From contig OZ024745.1 in NCBI GenBank assembly GCA_964016885.1, positions 91,698,001 through 91,762,000 of the forward strand: 64,000 bases of DNA. Reading direction: 5' to 3'. This document shows positions 57,301-64,000 of this stretch, one piece after another; position 1 is the first letter of the stretch, and the number at the start of each line of letters is the position of its first letter. Made by a program: the position numbers and the translations under genes. The notes under the pieces are model-generated. The model worked only from the letters and a program-made list of their open reading frames with translations. It searched no databases and had not been told where the DNA came from. Source of the stretch: Eledone cirrhosa (taxonomy: Eukaryota).

Positions 57301-60300
57301 GTAAGTTATATTACTCTGCCTGAGTATCAAACAGCTCCCGTAGATACGGTAAGTTATATTACTCTGTCTGAGTATCAAACAGCTCCACTAGATACAGTAA
57401 GTTATAATACTCTGTCTGAGTATCAAACAGCTCCACTAGATACAGTAAGTTATATTACTCTGCCTGAGTATCAAACAGCTCCACTAGATACAGTAAGTTA
57501 TATTACTCTGCCTGAGTATCAAACAGCTCCACTAGATACAGTAAGTTATATTACTCTGTCTGAGTATCAAACAGCTCCACTACATACAGTAAGTTATATT
57601 ACTCTGCCTGAGTATCAAACAGCTCCACTAGATACAGTAAGTTATATTACTCTGCCTGAGTATCAAACAGCTCCACTAGATACAGTAAGTTATATTACTC
57701 TGTCTGAGTATCAAACAGCTCCCCTAGATACAGTAAGTTATATTACTCTGTCTGAGTATCAAACATCTCCCCTAGATACAGTAAGTTATATTACTCTGCC
57801 TGAGTATCAAACAGCTCCACTAGATACAGTAAGTTATATTACTCTGTCTGAGTATCAAACAGCTCCACTACATACAGTAAGTTATATTACTCTGTCTGAG
57901 TATCAAACACCTCCACTAGATACAGTAAGTTATATTACTCTGTCTGAGTATCAAACAGCTCCACTAGATACAGTAAGTTATATTACTCTGTCTGAGTATC
58001 AAACACCTCCACTAGATACAGTAAGTTATATTACTCTGTCTGAGTATCAAACAGCTCCACTAGATACAGTAAGTTATATTACTCTCCCTGAGTATCAAAC
58101 AGCTCCACTAGATACAGTAAGTTATATTACTCTGTCTGATTATCAAACAGCTCCACTACATACAGTAAGTTATATTACTCTGCCTGAGTATCAAACAGCT
58201 CCACTACATACAGTAAGTTATATTACTCTGCCTGAGTATCAAACAGCTCCACTAGATACAGTAAGTTATATTACTTTGTCTGAGTATCAAACACCTCCAC
58301 TAGATACAGTAAGTTATATTACTCTGTCTGAGTATCAAACAGCTCCACTAGATACAGTAAGTTATATTACTCTGTCTGAGTATCAAACAGCTCCACTAGA
58401 TACAGTAAGTTATATTACTCTGTCTGAGTATCAAACAGCTCCACTAGATACAGTAAGTTATATTACTCCGTCTGAGTATCAAACAGCTCCACTAGATACA
58501 GTAAGTTATATTACTCTGTCTGAGTATCAAACAGCTCCACTAGATACAGTAAGTTATATTACTCTGCCTGAGTATCAAACAGCTCCACTAGATACAGTAA
58601 GTTATATTACTCTGCCTGAGTATCAAATAGCTTCACTAGATACAGTAAGTTATATTACACTGCCTGAGTATCAAACAGCTCCACTAGGTACAGTAAGTTA
58701 TATTACTCTGCCTGAGTATCAAATAGCTTCACTAGATACAGTAAGTTATATTACACTGCCTGAGTATCAAACAGCTCCACTAGGTACAGTAAGTTATATT
58801 ACTCTGCCTGAGTATCAAACAGTTCCACTAGATGCAGTAAGTTATATTACTCTGCCTGAGTATCAAACAACTCCACTAGATACAGTAAGTTATATTACTC
58901 TGCCTGAGTATCAAACAGCTCCACTAGATACAGTAAGTTATATTACTCTGCCTGAGTATCAAACAGCTCCACTAGATACAGTAAGTTATATTACTCTGTC
59001 TGAGTATCAAACAGCTCCACTAGATACAGTAAGTTATATTACTCTGACTGAGTATCAAACAGCTCCACTAGATACAGTAAGTTATATTACTCTGCCTGAG
59101 TATCAAACAGCTCCACTAGATACAGTAAGTTAATTTACTCTGTCTGAGTATCAAATAGCTCCACTAGATACAGTAAGTTATATTACTCTGTCTGAGTATC
59201 AAACAGCTCCACTAGATACAGTAAGTTATATTACTCTGTCTGAGTATCAAACAGCTCCACTAGATACAGTAAGTTATATTACTCTGTCTGAGTATCAAAC
59301 AGCTCCTTTAGATACAGTAAGTTATATTACTCTGCCTGAGTATCAAATAGCTCCACTAGATACAGTAAGTTATATTACTCTGCCTGAGTATCAAACAGCT
59401 CCACTAGGTACAGTAAGTTATGTTACTCTGCCTGAGTATCAAACAGCTCCACTAGATGCAGTAAGTTATATTACTCTGCCTGAGTATCAAACAGCTCCAC
59501 TAGATACAGTAAGTTATATTACTCTGTCTGAGTATCAAACAGCTCCACTAGATACAGTAAGTTATATTACTCTGCCTGAGTATCAAACAGCTCCACTAGA
59601 TACAGTAAGTTATATTACTCTGCCTGAGTATCAAACAGCTCCACTAGATACAGTAAGTTATATTACTCTGTCTGAGTATCAAACAGCTCCACTAGATACA
59701 GTAAGTTATATTACTCTGCCTGAGTATCAAACAGCTCCACTAGATACAGTAAGTTATATTACTCTGCCTGAGTATCAAACAGCTCCACTAGATACAGTAA
59801 GTTCTATTACTCTGTCTGAGTATCAAACAGCTCCACTAGATACAGTAAGTTATATTACTCTGTCTGAGTATCAAACAGCTCCACTAGATACAGTAAGTTA
59901 TATTACTCTGTCTGAGTATCAAACAGCTCCACTAGATACAGTAAGTTATATTACTCTGTCTGAGTATCAAACAGCTCCACTAGATACAGTAAGTTATATT
60001 ACTCTGTCTGAGTATCAAACACCTCCACTAGATACAGTAAGTTATATTACTCTGTCTGAGTATCAAACAGCTCCACTAGATACAGTAAGTTATATTACTC
60101 TGTCTGAGTATCAAACAGCTCCACTAGATACAGTAAGTTATATTACTCTGTCTGAGTATCAAACAGCTCCACTAGATACAGTAAGTTATATTACTCTGCC
60201 TGAGTATCAAACAGCTCCACTAGATACAGTAAGTTATATTACTCTGCCTGAGTATCAAACAGCTCCACTAGATACAGTAAGTTATATTACTCTGTCTGAG

Positions 60301-61950
60301 TATCAAACAGCTCCACTAGATACAGTAAGTTATATTACTCTGCCTGAGTATCAAACAGCTCCACTAGATACAGTAAGTTATATTACTCTGTCTGAGTATC
60401 AAACAGCTCCCCTAGATACAGTAAGTTATATTACTCTGTCTGAGTATCAAACATCTCCCCTAGATACAGTAAGTCATATTACTCTGCCTGAGTATCAGAC
60501 AGCTCCACTAGATACAGTAAGTTATATTACTCTGTCTGAGTATCAAACAGCTCCACTAGATACAGTAAGTTATATTACTCTGTCTGAGTATCAAACACCT
60601 CCACTAGATACAGTAAGTTATATTACTCTGTCTGAGTATCAAACACCTCCACTAGATACAGTAAGTTATATTACTCTGTCTGAGTATCAAACAGCTCCAC
60701 TAGATACAGTAAGTTATATTACTCTGTCTGAGTATCAAACAGCTCCAATAGATACAGTAAGTTATATTACTCTGTCTGAGTATCAAACAGCTCCACTAGA
60801 TACAGTAAGTTATATTACTCTGTCTGAGTATCAAACACCTCCACTAGATACAGTAAGTTATATTACTCTGTCTGAGTATCAAACAGCTCCACTAGATACA
60901 GTAAGTTATATTACTCTGTCTGAGTATCAAACAGCTCCACTAGATACAGTAAGTTATATTACTCTGTCTGAGTATCAAACACCTCCACTAGATACAGTAA
61001 GTTATATTACTCTCCCTGAGTATCAAACAGCTCCACTAGATACAGTAAGTTATATTACTCTCCCTGAGTATCAAACAGCTCCACTAGATACAGTAAGTTA
61101 TATTACTCTGTCTGATTATCAAACAGCTCCACTACATACAGTAAGTTATATTACTCTGCCTGAGTATCAAACAGCTCCACTACATACAGTAAGTTATATT
61201 ACTCTGCCTGAGTATCAAACAGCTCCACTAGATACAGTAAGTTATATTACTTTGTCTGAGTATCAAACACCTCCACTAGATACAGTAAGTTATATTACTC
61301 TGTCTGAGTATCAAACAGCTCCACTAGATACAGTAAGTTATATTACTCTGTCTGAGTATCAAACAGCTCCACTAGATACAGTAAGTTATATTACTCTGTC
61401 TGAGTATCAAACAGCTGCACTAGATACAGTAAGTTATATTACTCTGTCTGAGTATCAAACAGCTCCACTACATACAGTAAGTTATATTACTCTGTCTGAG
61501 TATCAAACAGCTCCACTAGATACAGTAAGTTATATTACTCTGCCTGAGTATCAAACAGCTCCACTAGATACAGTAAGTTATATTACTCTGTCTGAGTATC
61601 AAACAGCTCCACTACATACAGTAAGTTATATTACTCTGCCTGAGTATCAAACGGCTCCACTAGATACAGTAAGTTATATTACTCTGCCTGAGTATCAAAC
61701 AGCTCCACTAGATACAGTAAGTTATATTACTCTGTCTGAGTATCAAACAGCTCCACTAGATACAGTAAGTTATATTACTCTGTCTGAGTATCAAACAGCT
61801 CCCCTAGATACAGTAAGTTATATTACTCTGTCTGAGTATCAAACATCTCCCCTAGATACAGTAAGTTATATTACTCTGCCTGAGTATCAAACAGCTCCAC
61901 TAGATACAGTAAGTTATATTACTCTGTCTGAGTATCAAACAGCTCCACTA
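52420..61950. repeat. Tandem duplication of 99 monomers (4,752 bp); boundaries approximate
   Basis: Private variants AAATATCT (52436/57188), TATAATACT (~52651/~57403) and ACGGCT (56901/61653), plus the TAA variant (54381/59133), are all 4,752 bp apart. Confidence 0.9.
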
Positions 61951-64000
61951 GATACAGTAAGTTATATTACTCTGTCTGAGTATCAAACACCTCCACTAGA
62001 TACAGTAAGTTATATTACTCTGTCTGAGTATCAAACAGCTCCACTAGATACAGTAAGTTACATTACTCTGTCTGAGTATCAAACAGCTCCACTAGATACA
62101 GTAAGTTATATTACTCTGTCTGAGTATCAAACAGCTCCACTAGATACAGTAAGTTATATTACTCTGTCTGAGTATCAAACAGCTCCACTAGATACAGTAA
62201 GTTATATTACTCTGCCTGAGTATCAAACAGCTCCACTAGATACAGTAAGTTATATTACTCTGCCTGAGTATCAAACAGCTCCACTAGATACAGTAAGTTA
62301 TATTACTCTGTCTGAGTATCAAACAGCTCCACTAGATACAGTAAGTTATATTACTCTGCCTGAGTATCAAACAGCTCCACTAGATACAGTAAGTTCTATT
62401 ACTCTGTCTGAGTATCAAACAGCTCCCCTAGATACAGTAAGTTATATTACTCTGTCTGAGTATCAAACATCTCCCCTAGATACAGTAAGTTATATTACTC
62501 TGTCTGAGTATCAAACAGCTTCACTAGATACAGTAAGTTATATTACACTGTCTGAGTATCAAACAGCTCCACTAGGTACAGTAAGTTATATTACTCTGCC
62601 TGAGTATCAAACAGTTCCACTAGATGCAGTAAGTTATATTACTCTGCCTGAGTATCAAACAACTCCACTAGATACAGTAAGTTATATTACTCTGCCTGAG
62701 TATCAAACAGCTCCACTAGATACAGTAAGTTATATTACTCCGTCTGAGTATCAAACAGCTCCACTAGATACAGTAAGTTATATTACTCCGTCTGAGTATC
62801 AAACAGCTCCACTAGATACAGTAAGTTATATTACTCTGTCTGAGTATCAAACAGCTCCCCTAGATACAGTAAGTTATATTACTCTGCCTGAGTATCAAAC
62901 AGCTCCACTAGATACAGTAAGTTATATTACTCTGTCTGAGTATCAAACAGCTCCCCTAGATACAGTAAGTTATATTACTCTGTCTGAGTATCAAACATCT
63001 CCCCTAGATACAGTAAGTTATATTACACTGCCTGAGTATCAAACAGCTCCACTAGGTACAGTAAGTTATATTACTCCGCCTGAGTATCAAACAGCTCCAC
63101 TACATACAGTAAGTTATATTACTCTGCCTGAGTATCAAACAGCTCCCGTAGATACGGTAAGTTATATTACTCTGTCTGAGTATCAAACAGCTCCACTAGA
63201 TACAGTAAGTTATATTACTCTGTCTGAGTATCAAACAGCTCCACTAGATACAGTAAGTTATATTACTCTGCCTGAGTATCAAACAGCTCCACTAGATACA
63301 GTAAGTTATATTACTCTGCCTGAGTATCAAACAGCTCCACTAGATACAGTAAGTTATATTACTCTGTCTGAGTATCAAACAGCTCCACTACATACAGTAA
63401 GTTATATTACTCTGCCTGAGTATCAAACAGCTCCACTAGATACAGTAAGTTATATTACTCTGCCTGAGTATCAAACAGCTCCACTAGATACAGTAAGTTA
63501 TATTACTCTGTCTGAGTATCAAACAGCTCCACTAGATACAGTAAGTTATATTACTCTGCCTGAGTATCAAACAGCTCCACTAGATACAGTAAGTTATATT
63601 ACTCTGCCTGAGTATCAAATAGCTTCACTAGATACAGTAAGTTATATTACACTGCCTGAGTATCAAACAGCTCCACTAGGTACAGTAAGTTATATTACTC
63701 TGCCTGAGTATCAAATAGCTTCACTAGATACAGTAAGTTATATTACACTGTCTGAGTATCAAACAGCTCCACTAGGTACAGTAAGTTATATTACTCTGCC
63801 TGAGTATCAAACAGTTCCACTAGATGCAGTAAGTTATATTACTCTGCCTGAGTATCAAACAACTCCACTAGATACAGTAAGTTATATTACTCTGCCTGAG
63901 TATCAAACAGCTCCACTAGATACAGTAAGTTATATTACTCCGTCTGAGTATCAAACAGCTCCACTAGATACAGTAAGTTATATTACTCTGCCTGAGTATC

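Larger units (their letters stand above)
1..64000. repeat. 48-bp tandem satellite / macro-VNTR array, ~1,333 head-to-tail monomers, extending beyond both window edges
   Basis: Monomer TATTACTCTG[T/C]CTGAGTATCAAACAGCTCCACTAGATACAGTAAGTTA (positions 1-48) recurs throughout. The 60-nt line layout repeats every 240 nt (5 monomers) without phase change from ~2245 to the end. All copies are in the same orientation. The consensus has one AGCT (AluI), one CTAG (BfaI) and one CTGAG (DdeI) site per monomer. Confidence 0.99.

Noticed and set aside
4084-59133. Eight ORF-track ORFs (178-3949 aa) as protein-coding genes, e.g. mucin or adhesin-like
   Set aside because: All are the same frame of the 48-mer. 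Starts are sporadic CTG>TTG variants with the frame already open upstream. They have no ATG, signal peptide, unique domain or RBS, and their ends are amplified point mutations.
1-64000. CRISPR array
   Set aside because: There are no unique spacers between repeats, the monomers are contiguous and near-identical, and no cas genes are present.
2245-64000. One giant >20,000-aa ORF under the ciliate code (TAA/TAG=Gln)
   Set aside because: The in-frame stops are indeed only TAA/TAG, but that code also opens other frames of the monomer, so the observation does not discriminate. Nothing here independently indicates the genetic code.
1-64000. Identity with known 48-bp repeats (MUC4 or DRD4 VNTR, human 48-bp centromeric repeat)
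   Set aside because: Only the unit length is shared. The MUC4 and DRD4 units are more GC-rich and encode different peptides. No match to a named satellite can be supported without a database search.
1-64000. T/C pattern at monomer position 11 as an information-bearing code or programmed variation
   Set aside because: The pattern is copied along with the duplicated blocks and is fully explained by duplication history.
1-64000. Minus-strand genes, telomeric repeats, RNA genes or transposon fragments
   Set aside because: All three minus frames of the consensus contain stops, there is no G-rich telomeric motif, and no non-repeat sequence was found anywhere in the window.

Overview
The whole 64,000-bp window is one uninterrupted head-to-tail tandem array of a 48-bp monomer, about 1,333 copies. 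The consensus is TATTACTCTG[T/C]CTGAGTATCAAACAGCTCCACTAGATACAGTAAGTTA (about 35-38% GC, no CpG). I see no unique sequence, inversion, insertion, RNA gene or transposon, and both array ends lie outside the window. Monomers differ by roughly 0-3 substitutions, and the only indel I found is one 2-bp deletion present in two copies (~1092, ~2242). Rare variants mark nested, irregular higher-order duplications with periods of 24, 31, 57, 72, 73, 99, 119 and 150 monomers, plus a loose ~12-14 kb super-period. This looks like a young, actively amplifying eukaryotic satellite or macro-VNTR. The listed ORFs arise because one of the six frames of the 48-mer has no stop. They all start at variant TTG codons and end at one of two stop-creating mutations, so I do not call them genes. 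The speculative points of interest lie in the monomer itself: a GTAAGT...AG 24-nt intron-like half plus a 24-nt in-frame exon-like half, an ITIM-like VSYITL motif in the open frame, and a small hairpin whose loop holds the main polymorphism. The organism and repeat family cannot be identified from this window alone.
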